13,185 nt of DNA from Octopus sinensis (Eukaryota), in NCBI RefSeq assembly GCF_006345805.1, contig NW_021826351.1:1-13185 (forward strand), in the 5' to 3' direction. Shown here one piece after another: positions 1-8,561 of the stretch. Below the pieces are notes generated by a model. The model saw only the letters and a program-made list of their open reading frames with translations, searched no databases and had not been told where the DNA came from. The translations under genes were made by a program, and so were the position numbers. Position 1 is the first letter of the stretch, and every line of letters starts with the position of its first letter.

Positions 1-553
1 CTTCAAATTCTTCTCTAGACTCCTCGATGTTTGCTTCTCTAGTCACAACTGGCTGAAGAGGCCGAAATTTTGTGGTTACTTTTGGTGGTTCAATGGTCTT
101 GTGGTTGTATGGGTTACAGGTGACATAAATGTCAAAGAGTCTTTGTTGAAACCAATTAAGGTTTTGGTGAACAAAATCATTATTTTGTTTTGCAAATTCC
201 AGAAATCTTGGCATTTTACGTTTGATATTACGTAAAATTCGAGATCCATTTAAACCCAGAGAGTCCATGTGATTACATTTATCCTTTACATAATCTATAA
301 ACGTATTGATGTGGTCTGTTTTGATTAGTGTTCGGTAACATGTCACAATATGAAGGAAACTTGGTAACATGGACTTTTCCTGTTCTTTAGATTTCTTTGT
401 GTCTTTTCTTTCCTGTTCTTCTGTTTTCTTTGTGTTTTGTGTATGTAATATTTGGGTAAGATTTGGTGTAGTTTCCTTATAAATTGTTGTTGTATCACAG
501 ACTGTGGCAGGAATGAGAGCCAACATTTTGTTTGCTTCATTAATCTTCTCCAT
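1..553 (-). CDS. Probable host protein-coding exon, N-terminal 184+ aa of an unidentified protein (3' end outside window)
   Basis: Manual translation of the minus strand from ATG at 553-551 (context cataaaATGG) gives 184 stop-free codons to the window edge: MEKINEANKMLALIPATVCDTTTIYKETTPNLTQILHTQNTKKTEEQERKDTKKSKEQEKSMLPSFLHIVTCYRTLIKTDHINTFIDYVKDKCNHMDSLGLNGSRILRNIKRKMPRFLEFAKQNNDFVHQNLNWFQQRLFDIYVTCNPYNHKTIEPPKVTTKFRPLQPVVTREANIEESREEFE. In-frame TAA TAA lies just upstream. A run this long is unlikely by chance in AT-rich DNA. No recognisable domain. Confidence 0.65.
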   Translation of the reverse strand, partial: MEKINEANKMLALIPATVCDTTTIYKETTPNLTQILHTQNTKKTEEQERKDTKKSKEQEKSMLPSFLHIVTCYRTLIKTDHINTFIDYVKDKCNHMDSLGLNGSRILRNIKRKMPRFLEFAKQNNDFVHQNLNWFQQRLFDIYVTCNPYNHKTIEPPKVTTKFRPLQPVVTREANIEESREEFE

Positions 554-690
554 TTTATGAATATAGAATTATTATCTTTTTCTGTTAAATATATTCTTTT
601 TTGTGGATTTTGTTTTCTTCCTTTCGAATACAATTTATCTCTTCAAAATTCACTAATTTTTACATGAAAGCTGAAATAAAATGAAAACTT
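554..690 (-). promoter_or_regulatory. Putative 3' splice acceptor (AG at 672-671) and 117-nt 5'UTR portion of the exon, containing a start-stop uORF (ATGTAA, 665-660)
   Basis: Minus strand reads aaagttttcattttatttcAG|ctttcATGTAAaaattag..., a T-rich tract plus ttcag acceptor. All three frames hit stops before ATG 553, so this part would be non-coding. Confidence 0.5.
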
Positions 691-949
691 TATTAGTTTT
701 GTGAAAAGCTTTTGATAAAATAATATTTACTTGATTCATTCAAAGAATTTCAAGGAAAACACACATTTCATTAAATATATTAAACAAATTGTTTATTTGA
801 CAGTGAAGTTAAACATTTAAACTGTTTTCAATGGAATAATAATTAGAAATAAAACTTGAAGATATAAATACACCATTATCTTTATTGACTGAATATAAGT
901 GATGGTGAAAGGTTTTGTAGTAAGAAGGAATATAAATATTTTGTTGAGG

Positions 950-1180
950 TTATTTCTACAGATATTATCGGTAGAAATTATAGCCAGGACTGATTTCCTG
1001 CTACAACATTTCATATCGAAATGTCAGACGGAAACAAACAATGAGATCAAAGAGAAAAACATCTGTTTTTTGTTCTCATTGTTTATCTCATTGTTTGTTT
1101 ACATCTGACATCTCGATAGGCAAGGTTTTAGCAAAAAAATCAGAGCCAACTATAATTTCTATGGAATATCAATAGAATAA
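950..1180. repeat. ~230-bp imperfect palindrome (fold-back / MITE-like)
   Basis: 972-1047 (tagaaattatagccaggactgatttcctgctacaacatttcatatcgaaatgtcagacggaaacaaacaatgagat) aligns with the reverse complement of about 1084-1161 at roughly 80% identity (about 14 mismatches and 1 gap by hand). Centre is aaaaaca-tc-tgttttt at 1055-1070; the arms extend outward to about 950/1180. Confidence 0.75.
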
Positions 1181-2227
1181 TGTGAAAAACACTGCTAACA
1201 AAGTAGAATGTGGTGTTGACTTCTAAAACGATTTAATATATTTTACAGGAATTTATGGTTGCATAATGAAATACCACGTCCCTACAAATCAGGAATATAA
1301 GTATTATTAAAAATTATATGCACTGGAAATGATGGGACAGTCATGGTCGGCTTGGTTTCCATCATATTTACCTGAATTCACAGATACCAATAAAGCTGGA
1401 GATGAAACTGTTCTTAACCTGACAAATGCTGTAAATCTCTCGACATTTCAATATAATCCACACAATTATCATACACAATATTGATTAACTCGGAAAGCTT
1501 ATCCAAAGATGGGCTTTCATATAATCACACTGATAGACAGCATGTTGAGAGGATCGTTATTATTTGTTGCTGATTGAGATAATAAAGATTGGTTAATGAA
1601 TAAGCCCAATTAATGAAAGGTAGGTTCATCTGAATTATCTTTAATATAAGGGACAATGTTTGGGTAGCAATGAGAAAGATGTGTTTGTATGAAAAAGGGG
1701 TTTGGCAGGTGAAGTGTGTTTTGTTTTGTGTTAGGTGAGGAGTTATAACTTGGTGTAGTTTATTATGAAGTATTGGGGGTTTAATGAGGTGGATTAGGAA
1801 ATATTGGTGGGGGTGTTTAATGACATTGTGGTGACCCATCATCATCAGAATGATCCTCCACCGCCTCCTTGGTCTATGAAATAATGACTGTTACTCTAAT
1901 GACCCCAGGAGGAATGGAAAATAAAAGAGACCTTGTTCAGGATGTCAGCTCTTTGAATATACATGGACTAAACAACAACATATTTTTGGGGAAAAGTTGG
2001 ATAAGGCTATGTTGTTGTTGGCAGCAAAGTTTATAAAGAGAAAAGCAGATAATTGCAAATATTTCTATTGTAAAATTAAATTGGAATGAATGTTTATGTT
2101 CATTTGTGCCATTCTACTTGGTTTATTTTGGGGAAGAAAAACCTACAAAACCCCTCATAATAATTAGACTTTAATCTAATTGTAGATGTATTTATATACA
2201 CATGCATACATATATATGAATGAATGT

Positions 2228-2313
2228 GTATAATATATACACAAGGATGCACATATGTATATTTATACATGTATAATATATACACACGGATGCACATATG
2301 TATATTTATACAT
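2228..2313. repeat. Tandem duplication, 2 x 43 bp
   Basis: gtataatatatacacaaggatgcacatatgtatatttatacat (2228-2270) is repeated at 2271-2313 with one mismatch. Confidence 0.9.
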
Positions 2314-2340
2314 CCATATGTCTGTATGTATGTATGATGA

Positions 2341-2442
2341 TCATCATTTTACCCCCACTTTCCATGCTGGAATGGGTTGGATGGTTCAAAGAATATCTTG
2401 CCTGAAGTTACATTTTCTGGTTTTCTTTCTACAGCTGGATGC
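2341..2442 (-). mobile_element. 3' fragment of an octopod (GAT)n-tailed retroposon (SINE/non-LTR 3' end), minus orientation
   Basis: catcattttacccccactttccatgctggaatgggttggatggttc...tttctacagctggatgc is the reverse complement of the conserved blocks of the copy at 2441-2610. Confidence 0.7.
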
Positions 2443-2610
2443 ACGTAAAAAGAACCCACTACACTCATGTAGTGGTTGGCGTTAGGAAGGGCATCCAGCC
2501 GTAGAAACTTTGCCAGATCAGACTGGGCATGGTGCAGCCTTCTGGCTTCCCAGACCCCAGTTGAACCGTCCAACCCATGCTAGCATGGAAAGCGGATGGT
2601 AAATGATGAT
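2441..2610 (+). mobile_element. Octopod (GAT)n-tailed retroposon 3' part (SINE/non-LTR 3' end)
   Basis: gtggttggcgttaggaagggcatccagccgtagaaactttgccagatcagac...gaaccgtccaacccatgctagcatggaaagcggatggtaaatgatgat. Recalled as a very abundant octopus repeat; related copies occur in the window at about 2990 and 3181. Confidence 0.8.
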
Positions 2611-2630
2611 ATATACATATATATATATAT

Positions 2631-2675
<45 letters not shown>

Positions 2676-2712
2676 ATATATATATGTATATGTATATATA
2701 TACATATATATA
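2609..2712. repeat. (TA)n microsatellite, interrupted
   Basis: Direct inspection. Confidence 0.95.
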
Positions 2713-2989
2713 CCTTCACATACCCGTGTATAAATATTTGTGTCTATGTATGTTTATAGATATGAATCAATGAACGACAAAAGAACAAGAGTTACGTAGA
2801 CACCTTCATTAGCTTCCAGCTGTTTCTGCTACAGGAAGCAGTGAACTCGAGCTGAGTGTGTGTGCGCGTAGGTGTCTGTGCATTTGTTTATGTTTGCAAT
2901 CTCTTTTAAATTGCTCCAAGCAGAAACATCTGTCAACCAATCACCCCCACCTTGGAAGACATGGGAAATAAGAACTTTTGTTCTTGCAA

Positions 2990-3090
2990 AATGGTTTTGG
3001 GTGAGCAATAGGAAGGCTGTCTGTCTGTAAAACAAGGCTACAATAATATATTCATCTAACCCATGCTAGCATACAACGTCAGATGTGCAA
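2990..3090 (+). mobile_element. Highly decayed copy of the (GAT)n-tailed retroposon
   Basis: ttgggtgagcaataggaaggctgtctgtctgtaaaac followed by ctaacccatgctagcat matches blocks of 2441-2610. Confidence 0.4.
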
Positions 3091-3180
3091 TCAAACATAA
3101 GTAAACCCATGTTTATTCATTCATATACTCTCATGCATGCATAAACACACACACACACGTGTATGTGTGCATCTGGTGTT

Positions 3181-3305
3181 AAGAAGATCATCCAGCTGTA
3201 GAAATCTTGCCAAATCTTTCATTGGAGCTCAACAATGTCCTCTGGTTCACTGCTTCCTCGTCAACTGTCCTACCCATGCCAGTTAGGGAAAATGGATGTC
3301 AAAAC
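3181..3305 (+). mobile_element. Decayed copy of the (GAT)n-tailed retroposon
   Basis: aagaagatcatccagctgtagaaatcttgccaaatc...caactgtcctacccatgccagttagggaaaatggatgtcaaa is colinear with 2487-2600. Confidence 0.65.
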
Positions 3306-3606
3306 CTTTATAATACATCAGGTGGTGTATTTTCTTTTCTGTATTTTCCTTCTAATAATTTTGTTTCTTGCCAGGTTCTTGTGAGTTCCACTCAGTCAAG
3401 TCTATGACTATACTCGATGAAGGTCACCAATCCTCACTTGGCTTCAAGCAAGAGAATATTTCCCCAAGTTCTTCCAACATGAACAGCACAATGGTTGGAT
3501 ATGTTTTCTGGTGGAACACTGCAAACAAACGACTCTGTTTGTGTGACGTGACATTTGTTTATAATTCGCAGCAGATATCAAGACAAGGAGACGTGAGCAG
3601 ACATAT

Positions 3607-3609
<3 letters not shown>

Positions 3610-3640
<31 letters not shown>
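3610..3640. repeat. (CA)n microsatellite
   Basis: About 15 uninterrupted CA units. Confidence 0.95.
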
Positions 3641-3645
<5 letters not shown>

Positions 3646-3693
3646 CAAATGTAGATATGCATACATGAATATACACACACATGTATATACCAT

Positions 3694-3846
3694 AGGCTTT
3701 ATCAGTTCCATGTACGAAACCCACTCACAAGGCTTAAGTCAACCTGGAACATTAGAAGAAGTTAATTCTTTAAGGTGCTGCAAAGTGGGACTGAACCTGA
3801 GACCACAAGGTTATGAAGTGAGTTTCTTAACCATACAGCCATGCCC
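3694..3846 (-). mobile_element. tRNA-derived SINE, 5' head
   Basis: Minus strand reads gggcatggctgtatggttaagaaactcacttcataaccttgtggtctcaggttcagtcccactttgcagcacctt, with A-box-like TGGCTGTATGG and B-box-like GGTTCAGTCC, then the ...aagccttgtgagtggg body recalled from an octopus SINE. Confidence 0.75.
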
Positions 3847-3873
3847 CCAAATTTTTTTGGTAATATTTTGAAG

Positions 3874-4097
3874 ATAATAATAATCCTTTCTACTATAGGC
3901 ATAAGACCTGAAATTTTGGGTGTGGGGGGTTAATTGATTATGTCACCCCCCAGCCCCTAACTGGTTCTTATTTTATCAATCCCAAAAGGACGAGGGGCAA
4001 AATCAACCTTGGTGGAATTTGAACTCAAAATGTAAACTTGGAAGAAATGATGCAAAGTATTTTGTCTGCCATTTTGTAACAATTCCGCTTGTTCATC
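3874..4097 (-). mobile_element. Octopod SINE, stack copy 1 (tail type A)
   Basis: Plus strand: (aat)n-cctttctactataggcataagacctgaaatttt...aaccttggtggaatttgaactcaaaatgtaaa. The ggaatttgaactc block is the reverse complement of a B-box-like gagttcaaattcc shared by all copies. Confidence 0.8.
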
Positions 4098-4196
4098 AAT
4101 AACTATAACAATAACAACATCAATAATAATAATATTAGCAGCAGCAGCAAAAACAACAACAACAACAGCAATGATTTCTTTTATGTTTTTTTTAAT

Positions 4197-4417
4197 ATAA
4201 TAAAAATGATTTCAAGTTTTGGCACAAGGCCAGCAAGTTCAAGGAAGGGTCCAGTCTATTACACTGACCCCAGTACTCAACTAGTACTTAATTTATCGAT
4301 CCGAAAAGGATGAGAGGCTAAGTCAACCTTGGTGGAATTTGAACTCAGAATGTAAAGATGGACAAAATGCCGCTCAACATTTTGCTTTACATCCTCACAA
4401 TTCTGCCAGCTCGTCAC
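4197..4417 (-). mobile_element. Octopod SINE, stack copy 2 (tail type B)
   Basis: gatttcaagttttggcacaaggccagcaag...gaccccagtactcaactagtacttaatttatcgatccgaaaaggatga...ggaatttgaactcagaatgtaaag...aattctgccagctcg. Confidence 0.85.
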
Positions 4418-4418
4418 A

Positions 4419-4420
<2 letters not shown>

Positions 4421-4457
<37 letters not shown>

Positions 4458-4614
4458 TCTTACTATAGGCACAAGGCCTGAAATTTGGGGTGAGGGGACT
4501 AGTAAATTACATCGCCTCCATTGCGTAGCTGGAACTTATTGAATCGACCCCAAAAGGATGAAAGGCAAAGTTGACCTTGGTGGAATTTGAACTCAGAATG
4601 TAGTGGCAGATGAG
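4421..4614 (-). mobile_element. Octopod SINE, stack copy 3 (tail type A), head truncated, with (AAT)11 tail
   Basis: (aat)11 at 4421-4453, then ctttcttactataggcacaaggcctgaaatttgggg...cgaccccaaaaggatgaaaggcaaagttgaccttggtggaatttgaactcagaatgtag. Confidence 0.85.
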
Positions 4615-4617
4615 TCG

Positions 4618-4842
4618 TAATAATAATAATAATAATGGCTTCAAATTTTAACAGAAGGCCAGAAAGTTCTGGAGAGCAGGTAAATTGATTACATCGACTC
4701 CAGAACTCAAAAGGTACTTATTTTATTGACCCCGAAAGGATAAAGGTTGATGTTGGCAAAATTTGAACTCAGAACGTAAAGGCAAACAAATAGCTGCCTA
4801 GCATTTTGCCCAGCATGCTAACGATTCTGCCAGCTCACCACC
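4618..4842 (-). mobile_element. Octopod SINE, stack copy 4 (tail type B)
   Basis: (taa)n-ggcttcaaattttaacagaaggccagaaag...gtacttattttattgaccccgaaaggat...aatttgaactcagaacgtaaag...catgctaacgattctgccagctcacc. Confidence 0.85.
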
Positions 4843-5104
4843 CAAATAATAGTAATAGTAATTAATAATAATAATAGTAATAGTAATTAATAATAATGAT
4901 AACAACCCTCCCCTTCCTATTTTATATCCTTCATATGTCCTTCTCTTCTTTTACTTTCTTCTCTCTCTCTCTCTCTCTTTCTCTCATTCCCTCTCTCCTT
5001 TTCAATATCAACTTCAACATTTTATTTCCCTTTTACATAAACATGTATATATTATGTGTGTGTATTTATATAGTGTACGAGTATATAGGTATATATATAT
5101 ATAT

Positions 5105-5310
5105 TCTTTTATTCTTGTACTTGTTTCAGTCATTTCACTGTGGCCATACTGGAGCACCGCCTTTAGTCAAACAAATTGACCCCAGGACTTATTCTTTGTA
5201 AGCCTAGTACTTATTCTATCGGTGTCTTTTGCTGAACTTTTAAGTTACAGGGATGTAAACACACCAACATCGGTTGTCAAGCAATGTTAGTGGGACAAAA
5301 ATAAAGACAC
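5105..5310 (-). mobile_element. 3' part of an octopod SINE (head missing)
   Basis: ttgtttcagtcatttcactgtggccatactggagcaccgcctttagtc...gaccccaggacttattctttgtaagcctagtacttattctatcgg...gtaaacacaccaacatcggttgtcaagc. Recalled as the tail of the same family whose head is at 3694-3846, but a different copy given the order. Confidence 0.75.
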
Positions 5311-5856
5311 AATTACGTACCTATTTGATTTCTTAGCTTATATTTCTGTAAAATTGATTTACAAACTTTGAATTTTCCATGCAAAATAAAATCTAAAACT
5401 TTTTGTCATTAAATATAATTTACATTTTCTTTCTTCAGAATTCATCAAATATTTTTGAAATTGTTCAAAAAAATATAAACTTTCTCTTCTTGTAAAAGTA
5501 TTTGAAATCCTGGACACATTTTTTATAGTTTATAAAATGGTAGGAGGAAATTAGCACAAACGTGAAGAGTGTGTATATATGCATGTATACAAGTGTGTGT
5601 ATCTCTCTCTCTCTCACTTTATATATATATTAATGCATTGCACATTAAAATGTTGATGTAGGATAAAGATGTACTGGGAGAGAAAAATATTGTTGTCACC
5701 AAATTGTTAATATATTTAAACAATTCTTCTTGTTTGCTTCAAGATATAAAAAGAAATGAAATCACCAGAACAATTCCATTTAATACAAAGTTTAATATTG
5801 AAATCAAAATCAGTTAAAAAAAATATCATTGATTGAAAGAAGAAAAAGATCAATTA

Positions 5857-7212
5857 CACAACGTAACAATTTTCAAAATAAATTTGTTAATTGTATTTTT
5901 TTTATTGTTTATCAATCTATTTTTTCTGCTGATTCCAAAACTGAAATTATTTTTGTGTCTCATCAACAGTTAAAAAAAATATGTCGACTTTCAATGTTAT
6001 TATATATTCGGTATTGTTATAATGTTCCGCTGACTAATGTATGTCTAATTTTCCCTTTCAGACCAATTACTAAGTTGTGCTACTTTCAGGATGGCTTCAA
6101 GAATATGTAAAAATTCTCCAGATACATTTTGCTATGTGTGTGGTTATTATATTGGAAAAAAGCAGGTATTACATAAGATCGTGAAAGGTGCCAAATTGTG
6201 GATAGCGTACAGACTATTTCAGAATGCCCATGGGTGACCAGGACAAACCACGGGGCTCCACATGTGATATGTGGAAGCTGTCAGACTACTTTAGAATGAT
6301 GGTTAAGAGGTACAGGAAGGTCAATGCCTTTTGCCATTCCAAGGGTGTGGAGAGAGCCAAAGAACCATCACGATGACTGTTAGTTTTGTATGATCGATGT
6401 GACAAAGTACAGAAAAGTGAAAAGAAGACAATCTCTTCAGTATCCAGACATACCATCATCTAGAGCACCTGCCAGTTTACGAGTACCACTACCACCAGAA
6501 AATATTTCATCTGAAGAGTCAACATGTAGCAGAAGCCAAGAAATGGCAGAAGCTTTCGTACCATGAACGACTTCAGAGCCTCACTTTCCAAATCAGAGTG
6601 AGCTAGATGATTTAATCAGGGATCTGGGTCTTACTAAGCCAGGAGTTGAACTCCTTTCATCAAGGTTGAAGGAATGGAATCTACTGGGAGAAGACTGCAA
6701 GACATCTGTATACTGGAAATGCCATGAAGTGAGGATCATGGTGAGAGATTTAATCAGGACGTCACAACTATGGAAAGAAGATACCAAGGACGATGGGATA
6801 CTGCTATGATGGGAGATTATATATGGTCTTTAGTCAGAAGAGATGAAGGTATACACTCTAGAAAATCTCGATCGTCAAAGCACTTCTCATCTTAAGAAAA
6901 GAGTTATCAAGGCATTTACAGTGCAGAGTTTTATTGTTTCTTTTTGTTGTAACTAATATTATACTTCCTAAATACTTTTCAATAAATGAAAAATTACTAA
7001 ATGTTGTGTAATTATCCTTACAATACTAGAATAGATTGAACCAACAAAGTGCTGTAGAGAAAAGTTACAAATATAACGAGCAAATATGAAATTAGGAATA
7101 AATAAATAACTATCGATGTTAGGTAAAAATGAATATGATTTTTGAATTTAGTGCAAAAAATGCTTATATGAACATTAAAAAATACAAATAAACAAAACAT
7201 TGTTACATTGTG
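5857..7212 (+). mobile_element. Chapaev3-type (CMC superfamily) DNA transposon, internally deleted, both ends intact
   Basis: 5' TIR cacaacgtaacaa (5857-5869). The 3' end ttgttacattgtg (7200-7212) reverse-complements to cacaatgtaacaa, a 12/13 match. Weaker subterminal similarity extends about 90 bp. Flanked by TTA (5854-5856) and TTA (7213-7215), a 3-bp TSD. Encloses a transposase remnant. Length 1356 bp. Confidence 0.9.
6091..6895 (+). pseudogene. Chapaev3-like transposase pseudogene lacking the catalytic core
   Basis: Reading across frameshifts: MASRICKNSPDTFCYVCG...MPMGDQDKP.APHVICGSC...SMPFAIPRVWREPKNHHDDC*FC...YPDIPSS...NQSELDDLIRDLGLTKPGVELLSSRLKEWNLL, fused near 6730 to EDHGERFNQDVTTMERRYQGRWDTAMMGDYIWSLVRRDEGIHSRKSRSSKHFSS*. 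These are motifs I recognise from Chapaev3 transposases. At least 2 frameshifts and 3 stops. Acceptor ctactttcag|g directly precedes the ATG; AATAAA at 6981-6986. Confidence 0.88.
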
Positions 7213-7275
7213 TTAGTAGAGTCGTTAAACGGGACTTAGACACAAACTTAATCAGGCTATAAATTGTTGTTTTTT

Positions 7276-7359
7276 ACTTATTTTGCTTTCTTTCTTTTTA
7301 TGGAAAAATCCGATCCTCAATATTGAAATTTGTATACATATATAGCTACACACACACAC
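7276..7359 (+). repeat. ~85-bp dispersed direct repeat, copy 1 (partner 8562-8650)
   Basis: acttattttgctttctttctttttatggaaaaatccgatcctcaatattgaaatttgtatacatatatagctacacacacacac. Confidence 0.85.
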
Positions 7360-7361
7360 TA

Positions 7362-7460
7362 CCTTGTGGTATTTATACGAACTCTTGTCTGCTGAGTTCA
7401 AATCCTGCCGAGATTAATTTTGATTTTTTATATGCAGGGGTCGATAATTAAAATGCCAGT
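7362..7460 (+). mobile_element. Heavily decayed SINE fragment
   Basis: gtggtattt...ctgagttcaaatcctgccgag...ggggtcgataatt matches blocks of the stack SINE in plus orientation. A second ctgagttcaaatcc remnant lies near 7533. Confidence 0.45.
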
Positions 7461-8561
7461 CTGAGGTGGTGGTCTGATGGATTTATATATTTGACAAGAT
7501 GCCTTGTAGTATTTTATGTGGTTCTTTGTAATCTGAGTTCAAATCCTTTTGTTGCCTCCTTGGGTTGCAGACTAAATCTATCACCTTTTTCAACACCATC
7601 ACCTGGCCCTTGAGATACTTTTTAGGAGAGGATTTCTCTGTTGTATGCATTCATGTTAGGTCTCTTGTTTTGAGAATGTCTATCTTCCATTCACACTTTA
7701 AAGACCCTGGAAATATAAAGGACCATCAGCAGGGCCCTTCTCATTGCTAACCTTTTAAAAAATTAAGTTTACAAAAACTAATAATTTAACAGCCATAAAA
7801 TTTACAAAATTTATATTTCACTTGAGAATTAGAAATCCACTGTAAACTACCTAAAATTGTGTATCCTTAGATGAACATATCCATTCCTCTAATTCCATTA
7901 AATAGTTTTGACATAGTCATAACCAAACTATACTTTATCTTATATTCTGGAAATGAAAATGTTTACTTGTAATGTAACAGTGTAAAATCTTTGAAAATTT
8001 TCTAGTCGAAAAAATACTGCCTGAAAATAAACCAAATTCCAATATAAAAGTTTATGCTTCAAATAGTTCTAATGAAGCTTTAACGAAGTGTATTGGTAAA
8101 TTGCATATTAAATAAAATAATTACCTGGATTACTTGTGTTGAGGTGTTTATTCTAGCCTGAAGACTGTCTCTCTCAGAAATATCATGCAAAAGTGGCAAT
8201 GGTTTGGCTAGTATACTGCACTTAAAGTTATATTTATAATCTACCAGAAAGAAGTTTCTAGATACCTGGTGGGTGTTACCTTGTCATGGGTATGTATCTT
8301 GGTTTAAAAGTATGTGTCTGTTGTAGTGTATAGGTATGTGTGTGTATATGTTGGTGTGTTGTAGTATATGTTAGCCAGATTGCATCGACACGCCTATCTC
8401 AGATTACCACAGACTATATGAATGACACCCTCTCCCCACCTCCCATCCAATTCTATATTCTTTCTTTCTCTCTTTACATCCTCTCCAACATTGCCACCAC
8501 CACCACCACCTCTCCATGCATTTCCATTCAAGTGTTTCATGTTTCTGAACCAATCATATTC

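Noticed and set aside
45-85. Hammerhead-like core CTGAAGA-ggcc-GAAA at 53-67
   Set aside because: No stem I or stem III pairing and no properly placed NUH site. It lies antisense to the coding exon (FRPLQ codons) and far from the PLE.
1240-1860. C/A-skewed minus-strand stretch and ORF 1525..1845; could be a decayed coding sequence with CAA>TAA stops
   Set aside because: Translations in all frames gave no recognisable motif and many stops; it cannot be supported without tBLASTx.
3368-3871. 167-aa ORF
   Set aside because: It runs through a (CA)n tract (THTHTH) and an antisense SINE head; no domain.
3874-4842. Repeat-spacer appearance reminiscent of a CRISPR array
   Set aside because: Eukaryotic DNA; the units are ~200-bp diverged SINE copies separated by microsatellites, with no cas genes.
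5811-5982. Identical 16-mer cagttaaaaaaaatat outside (5811) and inside (5967) the Chapaev 5' end
   Set aside because: Low complexity in very AT-rich DNA. The TIR and TSD already define the boundary, so this is not an alternative end.
8158-8185. Second CTGAAGA...GAAA motif
   Set aside because: Stem II cannot close (C-A mismatch) and there are no flanking helices.
8125-8240. Candidate 116-nt minus-strand exon (ttctttctggtAG ... atccag|GTaatt) with one open frame
   Set aside because: Good donor but weak acceptor, several competing donor-like sites nearby, and a 38-codon open frame is not significant.
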